A DNA stretch of 64,000 bases from Candidatus Woesebacteria bacterium (GTDB lineage Bacteria > Patescibacteriota > Microgenomatia > UBA1400 > UBA1396), in contig CAVVNJ010000009.1 of NCBI GenBank assembly GCA_963749595.1, positions 65,380 to 129,379 on the forward strand. Direction: 5' to 3'. Positions 33,917 to 44,079 of the stretch are shown piece after piece. The position numbers and the translations under genes are program-made. Every line of letters begins with the position of its first letter. Position 1 is the first letter of the stretch. The notes beneath the pieces were generated by a model. The model was given only the letters and a program-made list of their open reading frames with translations, had not been told where the DNA came from and did not search any database.

Positions 33917-36849
33917 TTACGGGGCAAATTCGAGCTCTTTAACCAGGTAAGCGCCGGTCTCGGAGTTTGGATTGGCGGCAATTTGTTGGGGCGTACCCGC
34001 GGCTACAACCCGTCCGCCATCTTCGCCGCCACCTGGACCCAAATCGATGATCCAGTCGGCATTCTTGATGACATCCAGGTTGTGCTCGATCAGGATAATC
34101 GAGTTACCCTGCCGGATTAATTTATCCAGCACGTCCAGCAACTTCTTGACGTCCTCAAAGTGTAGTCCGGTCGTCGGCTCGTCCAGTAAATAAAGGGTAT
34201 GTACCAATGTGTTGGTCGTCAATTCTTTGGCCAATTTGACCCGCTGTGCCTCGCCGCCGGAGAGGGTTGGCGCCGGTTGGCCGAGCTTGATGTAGCCCAA
34301 CCCAACGTCGAGCAAAGTTTGTAGCCGCTGCTGAAGTTTTTTGTAGTGCGAGAAGAATGCCGCCGCTTCTTCGATAGTCATATCCAGGACGTCGGAGATC
34401 GTTTTGTCATGGTAGCGGACTTCGAGAGTCTCGCGGTTATAGCGCGTACCATGACAGACCTCGCAGGCCACGTAGACGTCCGGCAAAAATTGCATTTCGA
34501 TTTTAACCTGGCCCTCGCCCTGACAAGCTTCACAGCGGCCGCCCTTGACGTTGAAGCTAAAGCGTCCTGGTTTGTAGCCGCGCTCCTTGGCGTCGTGCGT
34601 TTCGGCGAAAACTTCACGAACTAGATCAAAGACCTTGGTGTAGGTGGCGGGATTGGAGCGCGGCGTCCGGCCGATCGGGCTTTGGTCAATCAACGCCAGA
34701 CGCTTCAGTTCTTCATGGCCGTGAATGGCTTCCACCGGACCCGGAGTTTCGGAAGAAACCCGATCCAGCAGTAAAAGTAAGTTTTGGTAGAGCGTGTCGT
34801 GGAGCAAAGTCGACTTTCCGGAACCAGAGAGGCCGGTGAGACAGACTAATTGATGCAGCGGAAATTCGACGGTTAGGTTTTTCAAGTTGTGCGCGGTGGC
34901 GCCATGGACCACCAACGATTTGCCGCGTCGGCCCAGCGGTTGCGGCCGCGACTCCAGCCAAATGTCTTTTTTGCGGTTTAAATATTGGCCGGTGATGGAA
35001 TGTTTGTCTTTCATTATTTCGGCCGAAGTGCCTTGCGCGACCACCTCCCCGCCGCGCACGCCTGCCCCCGGTCCAAAGTCGATCAGCCGGTCACTGGCCA
35101 GCATCACGTCGCGGTCATGTTCAACGACCACGACCGTATTGCCAAGATCGCGCAGCCGTTGCAGGGTGGTGATTAAACGATGGTTGTCTTTTTGGTGCAA
35201 GCCGATCGTTGGTTCATCAAGAACGTAGAGGACGCCGGAGAGGCCGGTGCCAATTTGGGAAGCCAGACGGATCCGCTGGGCCTCGCCGCCGGCCAGGGTA
35301 TTGGCCTCGCGCGCGAGCGTCAGATAGGTTAGTCCAACCGAAACGAGGAAATTCAAACGGGCAATAATTTCTTTGGCAATCGGCTCAATAATCTGACGCT
35401 CGCGCGCCGTCAACACCGATTTGGTCAACATATCCTGAATCCAAGCCAAAGACTCGCCGATGCTCAACTCGGTGACGTCGGCAATTGACAAACCATCGAC
35501 CGTAACCGCCAAACTTTCCGGTTTCAATCGGCGGCCACGACAATCAGAGCAGGGATTCTTCTGCATGAATCGTTCTATTTCCTGACGGATATAATCGGAA
35601 GTGGACTCGCGGTAGCGACGCTCCAAGTTAGGAATGAAGCCCTCAAATGTTTCGCGGATTAAAGTGGATTCGCCGAAACGATTCTCGCCACGGACGGTAT
35701 AAACCGTGTCGCTGCCATAGAGTAATTCTTGCTGTAGTTCGGGGGAAAGTCTTTTCCAAGACGAGCGCCAATCCTCCCCGTATTCCGTAACCACGGTCCG
35801 CACGATGCGGGCAAACCAAGTATCGCTTTCCAGCAAACGGGCAAAAGGAATGATCGCTCCTTCCGGCAGGGTCAGGGTCGGGGCGATTAGCTTTTTCATT
35901 TCAATGGAGAGGATTGTCCCCAAACCGCTGCAGCGGGGACAGGCACCATGCGGAGTGTTAAACGAAAACATTCGGGGTTCGAGCTCCGGAACCGGTTGGC
36001 CGGTGCTGGGATAAACGCGCTTCTCGGTAAATTCCCTAGTTTCCAATTGGCGGGGCTTTTCCGGGAAATCCAGGCCCGGATCCAACACGTAGGCCAGAGT
36101 TAACCCAACCGTCGGACAGCGTGAGGGCCTGTTCAATATCGGCGTTAAGGCGGGAGCGGAGCGCGCGCGACTTCTTCCGGATCGTTCAGTTGGACCTGGG
36201 CGACCACGACCCGATCAATCACTGCCTCGATCGTATGTTGGTTATTTTTGAATAAGGTGATGTCTTCGCGCAAATCATAGATGTCGCCATCAATGCGGGC
36301 TTGGGAATAACCTTTTTGGCGCAAGTTGGCAAATAACGATTGAAATTCGCCTTTACGTTCTTTGACCACGGGAGCCAGAATTAAAAAACGGACCGGACCG
36401 GCCGACGCGCGCCGGGCGAGCTCGCCAAGTAATTCGTCCAAAATCTGGTCCAGGGAAAACGGTAGTACTTCTTCGCCGGTGCTAGGATCATGCGGCCGCC
36501 CGGCGCGCGCAAACAGCAAACGCAGGTAATCGTAGACCTCGGTAATCGTCCCGACCGTGGAGCGCGGGTTGTGTGAGGTCGTCTTTTGGTCAATGGAAAT
36601 AGCCGGGGATAAACCAGTGATGCTTTCCACTTTCGGTTTCTGCATCACGCCTAAAAACTGCCGGGCATAAGCGGATAAGGATTCCACGTAGCGTCGCTGA
36701 CCCTCGGCGTAGAGGGTATCAAAGGCGAACGAACTTTTACCGGAACCGGATAGACCGGTTACAACAACCAGCGAATTTTTCGGCAAATCCAAGTCAACGT
36801 TCTTAAGGTTATGTTCTTGCGCGCCGCGCACGCGGATAAAATCGTCCAT
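33917..36849 (-). pseudogene. uvrA: excinuclease ABC subunit A, with two apparent frameshifts within about 55 nt
   Basis: The N-terminal ORF 36145-36849 contains GLSGSGKSS. The C-terminal ORF 33917-36136 contains zinc-finger cysteines, the second ABC module and LSGGEAQR twice. The linker [18 protein letters not shown] is only readable in the third frame (about 36090-36160). Confidence 0.9.
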
Positions 36850-36927
36850 GAAGCATCGTATTATACGGTTTAGTGACTAAAAAAACTAGTCACCTGCCGC
36901 AAGTCGCTGACACTGACCAGTCGTTCG

Positions 36928-37767
36928 TCAATCCAGTCCGGCCCAGGATATTTTTCGCCGGTACCAGACACATAATCCAAAACCAAGTTGATCGTGCGGC
37001 ACGGCCAAATCCCCCTGGTAGGAGTCGCCAATCATAATGCAGCATTGCGGTTCAACTGGGCGGTGTTGATATTCTTCAGCGGCTAACAACATCGATTGAA
37101 AGCCGGAAAGGGCTGGTTTGTCGAGGGGGTCACCGGTAGTCAAGGTGTCGTAAGTCAAACCCTGGTCGCGGTAGCGTTCGATCCGCTGAATTTTTTGTTG
37201 TCTCGATCGATCAGGATCATAAGTAAAAGTTTGTCGTGGCTGGTTATAACTTAAATGCCCGTCGCTGGAGGTAAATAAATGAACCGAGCGGCCGCGGCGT
37301 TTGATTTCGGCGATCAAGGCCTGAGCATCCGGCAGGACGGCCGATTTTTGGGCCACCCCTTCCCAAAACGCCGCGGCCGCGTCTTCAGCCATCGAACCAG
37401 CCAGCTCGATCCTCAGCTCATCAGCGCAGAGTTTCAGCAAGACTTCTCGGCTCCATAATTTGGCGGCACCGAATTTTTTGATTACCTCCGGTTGATAGCT
37501 CCGGATTTGGTCCAGTAGAACTTCATAGGCCGCTTGTCCGCCAGGAATTTTTTCCCAATCGGCCGGATCTTTGGCGCTGTAACCTTGCCGGATAAACCAG
37601 TATTTTTTATTGAACAAGGCGATGATTTTTTCCGCGTCTTGAGGATCGATCCCTCGGGATAGATGTTGCTGCGCCAGCTTGGCACCATAATCATGCGCCC
37701 CATCGGTATTCAGAATCGTATCATCGACGTCCAAAAACCAAACGGTATCCTGCCAAGAATGGATCAT
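36928..37767 (-). CDS. HAD-superfamily hydrolase-like protein
   Basis: FLDVDDTILN (DxDxT motif I) and MIGDSYQGD (motif IV). The last ~15 codons may be frameshifted, because an alternative frame reads ...SGTGEKYPGPDWIDERLVSVSDLRQV. Confidence 0.5.
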   Translation of the reverse strand: MIHSWQDTVWFLDVDDTILNTDGAHDYGAKLAQQHLSRGIDPQDAEKIIALFNKKYWFIRQGYSAKDPADWEKIPGGQAAYEVLLDQIRSYQPEVIKKFGAAKLWSREVLLKLCADELRIELAGSMAEDAAAAFWEGVAQKSAVLPDAQALIAEIKRRGRSVHLFTSSDGHLSYNQPRQTFTYDPDRSRQQKIQRIERYRDQGLTYDTLTTGDPLDKPALSGFQSMLLAAEEYQHRPVEPQCCIMIGDSYQGDLAVPHDQLGFGLCVWYRRKISWAGLD

Positions 37768-37768
37768 A

Positions 37769-38329
37769 TTATTCTTTTGGTTTTGCTAATCGACTAAAAT
37801 CGATTAGGCATTTTTGGTACTTTTCCTCGCTAAATTTTATTACTTGCCAGTGGGAAAGTGCTCTTTCCTGTTCAATGGTAATGACGTTCAATCGGTCAAA
37901 TAAAGTGTCTCCGAAGTCGGAAAAGTCGCCAGTCAATAATATCAAGTGAGGATGTAGTTGCATTCTTGCCATTAGAAATAGATCGTTTTGTGGCGTTGAT
38001 TGTTTTCCTTTGGAGCGCAAGAGACGTGATAATTCTAGAGCTTTTTCTTGTAATTGGTGATGAATTTCTTGATGGCTTGATAAATTAATGAAGGGCTCAT
38101 GGTCAATAAAGTTCTCTCGAGCCTGTATCTGTTCAGGAAAGTAAGTGTCGCGAAGAAACTCGAATTTAATTACTGGATCAACCAAAAAATCACTTTCGGG
38201 GAATAGTTTAAGGGTCACTTCCGATAAAAGCTTCTCATCGGAGAAGAGATTGGCGAGAATATTGTTATCGAGGAAGACAGTATTCTTCCCGAGTTTCTCC
38301 TGCCTGGATTTGTCGTAGTATATCTGCAT
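37769..38329 (-). CDS. PIN-domain nuclease-like protein (VapC-like toxin candidate)
   Basis: VFLDNNILANLF and ILLTGDFSDF resemble the first and last acidic PIN motifs. The ORF is AT-rich. I prefer the start at 38329 (MQIYYDK), which has a GAGG upstream. Confidence 0.45.
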   Translation of the reverse strand: MQIYYDKSRQEKLGKNTVFLDNNILANLFSDEKLLSEVTLKLFPESDFLVDPVIKFEFLRDTYFPEQIQARENFIDHEPFINLSSHQEIHHQLQEKALELSRLLRSKGKQSTPQNDLFLMARMQLHPHLILLTGDFSDFGDTLFDRLNVITIEQERALSHWQVIKFSEEKYQKCLIDFSRLAKPKE

Positions 38330-38447
38330 TCTTAGCCTCGAACTCCTTAGATTGTCTGATGATTTCAACCAAATGATCAACGGCTTTCCTACGCTGTGGG
38401 CCAACTAATGTTTTTTTCTTAAGTTTGACTAACTGAGCTTTCAGCAT
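38265..38447 (-). CDS. small basic protein, candidate antitoxin for the PIN gene
   Basis: 60 aa (MLKAQLVKLKKKTLVGPQRRKAVDHLVEIIRQSKEF...) located immediately upstream of, and overlapping, the PIN ORF. Confidence 0.35.
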   Translation of the reverse strand: MLKAQLVKLKKKTLVGPQRRKAVDHLVEIIRQSKEFEAKNADILRQIQAGETREEYCLPR

Positions 38448-38488
38448 ATTTTCATTGTAAAGCAGATTCTTACCGAAACTAACAATTT

Positions 38489-39904
38489 TTAGCGTTTTAG
38501 CACGTCTATCTGAATATTTCCCCCACAAGAATACTGATAGCTTTCCTCTGACGGTCCAAACAACGTTAACTCATGATAGGCAGTTTTGCCGTGTTCATAA
38601 CTGCCGCTGTCGATTACCACCGCCATTTTATTGGCGCCACTAGGATCATAGTATTCGTCACGCACGTCGCAACCATGTCGTTTCAGGAAGTACCGGTGTT
38701 CTGGGCCGTTATGATAGGGGTGAAAACCACTGGTCACGCTGACAAAAAGCGGATCCTTTTCCTGGGCGCAGAAACCCCGAAAACATTCTTCCAATTGGGC
38801 CACAGTCCGCGGCGCTTTCGCAAAATGGGCGCGAATTTGTTGCGGCCGCAGCCAGTAGGAAGCCAGCAGCATGACGATCAATAGTGATATTTGTTTGGGC
38901 AGGGCGGCAATCACAAAAAATCCAGCGGTGAGCATGGCAAAAATATAATGTTTTTGCACCACCAACGGAGAAAGCAGCGTGATTGCGATCGTTAAGCCGA
39001 GTAACCAAAGTAGAGTAAAAAAGTCGGCTGATAGGAGCGCTTTTTCTTTCTTCTGCCGCTGGTAGACGACAAAAACCAGGACCATTAGCCCCAGCAATAA
39101 CCAGGAAAACCAAGTCGAGGCGCCCAGCAGCTGAGTCGGCAAGTCGATCAGCTTGCCCAAGAGCGGGGCGTTAGTGGCAATCACCGCCTGTGGCCGCAAA
39201 ACCGCGCGCGTAATTTGAAAGTCGTGCCGCAGCTCGGAAATTAACAAGCCCAAATTGGCCAGGACGCCGCCGGCGAAGGTTGTGGCCAGCAGGAGCCAGC
39301 CGCGCCGCCGCCATTGCCAGAACCAAAGCGGAATGAAAGCCACGGCCAGCGGCGCGGCGGAATAGTTCATTGAGACGGCAAAAGCTAAAGCCAAGCCGTG
39401 CAATACCACCAATTTAAGTTCGAATTTTTGACGTAGCCGCAAATAGGCAATGATGGCCAAACTCAACAGCGGCCCCAAGTATGACGGATTCCAGACAAAA
39501 CGATTCTGACCGATAAATTGCGGGTGGATCACCATTAGGGCGAAGACTACCAACCATAGTCGTTGCCAGTAAGGTTTGGAGCGAACTAAGTAGAGGCCCA
39601 GCCAAAAAATGGCGAGATAAACGACGGCATTGGTTAGAAGCGTGCTGTAGGGTGAGCCGCCGGTCAACAAAAAGAGCGGGTAAAACGAGTAGTAGTACCA
39701 GGCGCTCTGGTTAAAAGGTAGGGCGCTGGTTTGCGGACCCAGGAGAGGCGGTTTGCCGGATCGCTGCCAATCGAGGAGTACCAGAAAATCACGGCCAATG
39801 TCGTTGAAGAAGAAGAGCGACTCGCGAATGTTGTAAAACCGGAAAAAGAGAAAAGCCAGGGATAAAAAAATGGCAATGTTGCGGACGGCTGTCCCTCGGG
39901 TCAT
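38489..39904 (-). CDS. GT-C fold membrane glycosyltransferase (ArnT/PMT family 39-like)
   Basis: 471 aa with about 11 TM helices, an N-terminal loop FFFNDIGRDFLVLLDW and a soluble C-terminal domain. Confidence 0.5.
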   Translation of the reverse strand: MTRGTAVRNIAIFLSLAFLFFRFYNIRESLFFFNDIGRDFLVLLDWQRSGKPPLLGPQTSALPFNQSAWYYYSFYPLFLLTGGSPYSTLLTNAVVYLAIFWLGLYLVRSKPYWQRLWLVVFALMVIHPQFIGQNRFVWNPSYLGPLLSLAIIAYLRLRQKFELKLVVLHGLALAFAVSMNYSAAPLAVAFIPLWFWQWRRRGWLLLATTFAGGVLANLGLLISELRHDFQITRAVLRPQAVIATNAPLLGKLIDLPTQLLGASTWFSWLLLGLMVLVFVVYQRQKKEKALLSADFFTLLWLLGLTIAITLLSPLVVQKHYIFAMLTAGFFVIAALPKQISLLIVMLLASYWLRPQQIRAHFAKAPRTVAQLEECFRGFCAQEKDPLFVSVTSGFHPYHNGPEHRYFLKRHGCDVRDEYYDPSGANKMAVVIDSGSYEHGKTAYHELTLFGPSEESYQYSCGGNIQIDVLKR

Positions 39905-39954
39905 GGTTATATTTTAGCGGGAAAGGCAAAAGAAAGCAGAGGAAAAATTTAATG

Positions 39955-40024
39955 TTGCGGGGCAAGGAATCGGACCTTGTCTGCGAGATTATGAGCCTCA
40001 CGTGCAACCGTACACTACCCCGCG
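39955..40024 (-). tRNA. tRNA-Met (CAU), initiator-like with a C1:A72 mismatch; CCA not encoded
   Basis: The minus strand reads CGCGGGG-TA-GTGT-ACGGTT-GCAC-G-TGAGG-CTCATAA-TCTCG-CAGA-CAAGG-TCCGATT-CCTTG-CCCCGCA-A. This gives a clean cloverleaf. The 5' CGCGGGG and 3' CCCCGCAA ends match E. coli tRNA-fMet. A TGcTATAAT promoter lies about 10 nt upstream (40035-40043). Confidence 0.7.
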
Positions 40025-40050
40025 CGATGGGGCTATTATAGCACACAGCC

Positions 40051-40058
40051 TGTACAAT
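40051..40058 (+). promoter_or_regulatory. extended -10 promoter placed for a leaderless glycosyltransferase mRNA
   Basis: TGTACAAT, then 6 nt (ggttct), then the ATG at 40065. No SD is present. Confidence 0.45.
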
Positions 40059-40064
40059 GGTTCT

Positions 40065-41156
40065 ATGAAGGTCGCTCTCGTCCATGACTACTTACGCGAG
40101 TATGGCGGGGCCGAGCGCGTGGTGGAAGCCCTGCATGAGATGTTTCCCAAGGCGCCGTTATACGTGGCCTTCTACGATCCTGCCGCGCTCGGCCCGCAAG
40201 CGCAGCGTTTTGCCGGTTGGGATATTCGTGAATCGCCCTTAACTAAATTACCCTTATACAAACGCCTTTTTTCTCCCTACCGCCTTTTTTCTGCTTGGGC
40301 CTTTTCTCAATTAGATCTGTCCGAATTCGACGTGGTTATTTCTTCCACTAATATGTATATGGCCAAAGGAGTCAGGGTTAAGCCCGGCGCTCGCCACCTC
40401 AGCTATATTCATACGCCACCCCGTTCACTTTACGGTCTCTCCACCCAAACCGACTGGCGACGCAACCCAATCATCCGACTTGGTGGCGGATTGATCAATC
40501 TCTGGATGCGTCGGCTGGATTGGCGTACGGCCCAAAATCCGGATTTATTGATTGCCAACGGTCGCACCACCCAAGAGCGGATCAAAAAACACTATCAACG
40601 CGATTCGGTAATGATCTATCCTCCGGTAGCTTTGGTCGATGCCGGCCTGAAAGTTTTGCCGGCGGAGGAACGAAGTTACGCCCTATTCGTCGGTCGATTG
40701 GCCTACAGCAAACATCCGGAACTGGCGGTCCAAGTTTGCCGTGAACTTGATTTGCCATTAAAAGTGGTTGGCACCGGCTCCTTGAGTGAGGGGTTGGCGG
40801 CCCAAGCGAGTGAAAAAGTCGAGTTTCTCGGTTCGGTTGATGACACGACCCTCCGCGAGCTTTATCAACACGCCAGAGTACTGCTTTTCCCGGCCGAGGA
40901 TGAGGATTTCGGCATCGTCCCGATTGAGGCCATGGCCGCCGGGACGCCGGTGGTGGCCCATTACTCTGGCGAACCCCGTTTTACCGTAACAGGTGGGTTA
41001 TCCGGTTTTCACGTTCAAACTTTTGACCCGGACGACTGGAAAAAGACGGTTGAAAGAGCTTGGAAATACGAGTGGGATTATCGCGCCATTCAGCAATCAG
41101 TAGAAGAGTTCTCCAAACAAAATTTCATGAAGCGGATTCGGAATTTATTGGCTTGA
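40065..41156 (+). CDS. GT4 family glycosyltransferase
   Basis: MKVALVHDYLREYGGAERV N-terminus and the C-terminal EDFGIVPIEAMAAGTPVV (E-x7-E) motif. I prefer the ATG at 40065 because the upstream GTG at 40002 overlaps the tRNA. Confidence 0.8.
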   Translation: MKVALVHDYLREYGGAERVVEALHEMFPKAPLYVAFYDPAALGPQAQRFAGWDIRESPLTKLPLYKRLFSPYRLFSAWAFSQLDLSEFDVVISSTNMYMAKGVRVKPGARHLSYIHTPPRSLYGLSTQTDWRRNPIIRLGGGLINLWMRRLDWRTAQNPDLLIANGRTTQERIKKHYQRDSVMIYPPVALVDAGLKVLPAEERSYALFVGRLAYSKHPELAVQVCRELDLPLKVVGTGSLSEGLAAQASEKVEFLGSVDDTTLRELYQHARVLLFPAEDEDFGIVPIEAMAAGTPVVAHYSGEPRFTVTGGLSGFHVQTFDPDDWKKTVERAWKYEWDYRAIQQSVEEFSKQNFMKRIRNLLA

Positions 41157-41200
41157 TTTGCGATTATCATCGATGTTCTTTTCATGGCCCTACAACAATG

Positions 41201-41214
41201 TGTACATATGTACA
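41201..41214. other. perfect 14-bp palindrome TGTACATATGTACA flanked by direct TACAACAA repeats
   Basis: Read directly in the convergent intergenic region between the GT4 and GH genes. Confidence 0.5.
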
Positions 41215-41303
41215 ACAAACCCTGTTACTCATTAATAGTACCTATCTTTAAAATCAGGATCGATCAGACTTAGTTTCGGCGCGAAAAAAAAGGAAAATCT
41301 AGT

Positions 41304-42749
41304 TTACCGGGTAGTTGTAGTGGGAACGGCTACTCCCGGAGTTGGCACCAACCGCAAAAACATTACCGAATTTGCGGGCATAAAGACCGTCGTCGCTAAT
41401 TCCGCCGCGGTGGTCGCCAGTGGCACTCGGCGCGTATTGCCGCCCAAGTCAGTGATCTCCAGTTGATAATTGCTCGGGAAGATATTTGTAAACTTCACCG
41501 GAACATTTTCGGAATGCTTGCCGTATTGGTCATAGTTGGCCAACAACATTTCGGTGTACAGGCCGTTCTTGCTGGCCACCGCCTTGACCCAAGTGCCTTT
41601 GCCAGATAGCCGTAATCGGTTTCCGGAAATGCGGTTCATTAAACGGAGAGCCAAGTAGCGCGGCTTAATGTTGGCCCCAAACTCATGATTGGTCAACAGA
41701 CCCCAGCGACCCCAGCGCTCCTGTCCCTTGGGATCTTTGCCATCTTCAACCTCAAAGACAAAACCGCGGTTAATATTGCCGACCATCTCGATACCCGCGG
41801 CCGCGGTGTGGGCGGCGCCAAAACCAGTGTCATAGCCGGGATGAACGTTGCTATCGTGGCCGAATTCGGTGATATGAAGTTGCAGGTTGGCCAGGCCGGG
41901 GTTGGCGGCTTTCCACTGGTTGGCTTGTTCAAAGTCTTTATCGAATTGAGCCAGGTCCTTGTTGTAGCGGTGCCAGGAAAAGAAGTCGAGTCGCCAGCCA
42001 TTCTTTTGGGCCTCTTTAGTCAGTGTATCGAACCAGTTTTTATAAAGGGCCGTGATGGCCGGGCCACCAAACTGAAAAGGTTGAGCCCCGCGAACTTGTT
42101 TTTGTGCGCGGTCGGCGTAGCTATAAAGATTGAGGTAGTTGCGGTCGCCGTAAGTTTTCCAGCCGCCAAAGAGATCAGGTTCATTCCAAACTTCGTAAAT
42201 AACGTTGGCGATTTTTTTATCGCCGGAATAATGCTGAATCGTGGCCCGCACCGTTTCTTGCCAATATTCCCACTTGATCGGCGGACTGGTGATTTGGCCG
42301 TCACTGGCGATGGTAGCTGGCATATAGGACAGGGCGATGTAGGGCTTGGCCCCGGTGGCGACAATGTCATCGATCAGCGGATCGAGCTTGCTGAAGTCAA
42401 AGCGGAGAGTGTCCCCATCTTTTTGCACAATATCGTAGAAAGAATAGATGTGATCAATCCGGATATATTCTGGATTCAGGGCGCTAACTTTCCCCTTAAT
42501 GTCGGTCAGCCGCCAATTGCTCATTTCGCCACCTTGAGCCAGATTGCGCCAGGGTTTGGTAAGCGGGCCGACTTCCGCCCGGGCGTCAACGACGAGGTTG
42601 GCTGGAGTTCCACTTGCCCCCGCTAGAAATTGTCTTACCACTGGGAGTTGGGCCGCGCCGATGATGCCGGCAATTGCCACCACGATCACCGGTACTAGCT
42701 GGAGAATCAGGCGAATACGCGAAGACCGGCGTGATGAACGTCTGGGCAT
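41304..42749 (-). CDS. membrane-anchored clan GH-A glycoside hydrolase (GH39/GH5-like)
   Basis: N-terminal TM anchor, YEVWNEPD (acid/base Glu) and LHITEFG (nucleophile Glu), which are signatures of (beta/alpha)8 GH-A enzymes. Confidence 0.6.
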   Translation of the reverse strand: MPRRSSRRSSRIRLILQLVPVIVVAIAGIIGAAQLPVVRQFLAGASGTPANLVVDARAEVGPLTKPWRNLAQGGEMSNWRLTDIKGKVSALNPEYIRIDHIYSFYDIVQKDGDTLRFDFSKLDPLIDDIVATGAKPYIALSYMPATIASDGQITSPPIKWEYWQETVRATIQHYSGDKKIANVIYEVWNEPDLFGGWKTYGDRNYLNLYSYADRAQKQVRGAQPFQFGGPAITALYKNWFDTLTKEAQKNGWRLDFFSWHRYNKDLAQFDKDFEQANQWKAANPGLANLQLHITEFGHDSNVHPGYDTGFGAAHTAAAGIEMVGNINRGFVFEVEDGKDPKGQERWGRWGLLTNHEFGANIKPRYLALRLMNRISGNRLRLSGKGTWVKAVASKNGLYTEMLLANYDQYGKHSENVPVKFTNIFPSNYQLEITDLGGNTRRVPLATTAAELATTVFMPANSVMFLRLVPTPGVAVPTTTTR

Positions 42750-42794
42750 AGCAATAGTTTAGCCGGAAAAAGGTGGCGGGTTCAAGCAGGGGAA

Positions 42795-42821
42795 ATAGCA
42801 CTCTTGCCAAAATAGTGCTAA
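42795..42821 (+). promoter_or_regulatory. CIRCE operator (HrcA binding site)
   Basis: ATAGCACTC-TTGCCAAAA-TAGTGCTAA closely matches the consensus TTAGCACTC-N9-GAGTGCTAA. It lies 20 nt upstream of hrcA. Confidence 0.85.
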
Positions 42822-42841
42822 CGAGGTAAAGTAGGCAGACT

Positions 42842-43567
42842 ATGGTCGATCTTACCGGGCGTCAAATTCAGATTCTGCGCGCCATTGTTGAAAAATACAT
42901 GGAAACCGCTGAGGCCGTGGGTTCGGAAACCATTGACAAAAAGTTCAATTTTGGCGTTTCTCCGGCCACCATTCGTAATGAGATGGTTTATTTGGCCGAC
43001 CAAGGTTACCTTCGCAAGCCTCACAGTAGTGCCGGGCGCGTCCCCACCTCTCAGGCGATCAAGTTTTACGTCCGTGAGTTGATGCGGGAGAAGGACCTCT
43101 CCGTGGCCGATGAAGTTTCGGTTAAGGAGCGTATTTGGTCCAATCGCAACCAAATTTCTGATCTTTTCAACGAGGCGGCCCACGTTTTGGCCGACCGCGC
43201 CCGCTGTATCGGCTTGGTCATGGACACGGAAGATGGTCGCCTTTACACCTCTGGCTATGCCCACATCTTGGCTTTTCCGGAGTTTTCCAACGTCGATGTG
43301 ACTCGGACGGTTCTCACCCTGATCGAAGAGGTGCGTGCCATGCAGGAAATTTTTGATTACGCTCGCGGCGAAGAACCGATCCACCTGGTTTTGGGCGAAG
43401 ATCTGGGGAACCAGTACCTTTTGCCGGTCAGTTTTGTTTTTACCGATTTGCAAGTTGGTAATAACCGTTACAATCTCAGTGTCATTGGCCCGGCCCGCCT
43501 GGATTATGCTTATGTGATCCCGATGATGAAGTACTTCCGTACTTTAATCGTGGAAATGATCGGATAA
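42842..43567 (+). CDS. hrcA: heat-inducible transcription repressor HrcA (short form, 241 aa)
   Basis: LTGRQIQILRAIVEKYMETAEAVGSETI...SPATIRNEMVYLADQGYLRKPHSSAGRVPT is a typical HrcA N-terminus. It heads the hrcA-grpE-dnaK-dnaJ operon. Confidence 0.9.
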   Translation: MVDLTGRQIQILRAIVEKYMETAEAVGSETIDKKFNFGVSPATIRNEMVYLADQGYLRKPHSSAGRVPTSQAIKFYVRELMREKDLSVADEVSVKERIWSNRNQISDLFNEAAHVLADRARCIGLVMDTEDGRLYTSGYAHILAFPEFSNVDVTRTVLTLIEEVRAMQEIFDYARGEEPIHLVLGEDLGNQYLLPVSFVFTDLQVGNNRYNLSVIGPARLDYAYVIPMMKYFRTLIVEMIG

Positions 43568-43592
43568 AACTCAAAGTGAATGAGGAGCGTAA

Positions 43593-44069
43593 ATGGCGAA
43601 GTCAGACGCCCAGCTAAAAATCATGGAAGAACAAGTCGAACAATTGCGCCAGGAATTGGCGGTCTGTCAGGAGGCACAGAAGCGGATCTTGGCCGACTAT
43701 CGCAATTTAGAGCAGCGGACCCAGCAGGAAAAAGTCATTTGGCGCGAGCAAGCGGCCCGGATGCTGATTCTTGATCTTCTGCCCACGCTGGATCACGTGA
43801 TGCTGGCTCAAAAACATCTGTCCGATCCGTCGATCAAGCTAATTGCCGATGATCTGCAGAAAGTACTGTCCGCTCATGGGCTTGAAGCGTTGCCAACCAT
43901 CGGTCAGGAATTTGATCCCAGCCAGATGGAAGCGGTGGCGACCGACGCCGGTAAAAAAGATGAAGTCTTGGCTGAGGAAGAGCGCGGCTATCAATTGAAT
44001 GGTAAAGTCATTCGTCCGGCCAAAGTGATTGTCGGCCGAGGCGAATCATTAACTAAGGAACAAGAGTAA
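43593..44069 (+). CDS. grpE: nucleotide exchange factor GrpE
   Basis: [13 protein letters not shown] coiled-coil region and the C-terminal [16 protein letters not shown] beta-domain. Confidence 0.9.
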   Translation: MAKSDAQLKIMEEQVEQLRQELAVCQEAQKRILADYRNLEQRTQQEKVIWREQAARMLILDLLPTLDHVMLAQKHLSDPSIKLIADDLQKVLSAHGLEALPTIGQEFDPSQMEAVATDAGKKDEVLAEEERGYQLNGKVIRPAKVIVGRGESLTKEQE

Positions 44070-44079
44070 AGGAGAAACT

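Noticed and set aside
41685-43453. ORF 41685-42626 (+) and ORF 42818-43453 (-)
   Set aside because: They are antisense to the GH-A hydrolase and to hrcA respectively, and the sense-strand products carry clear family signatures.
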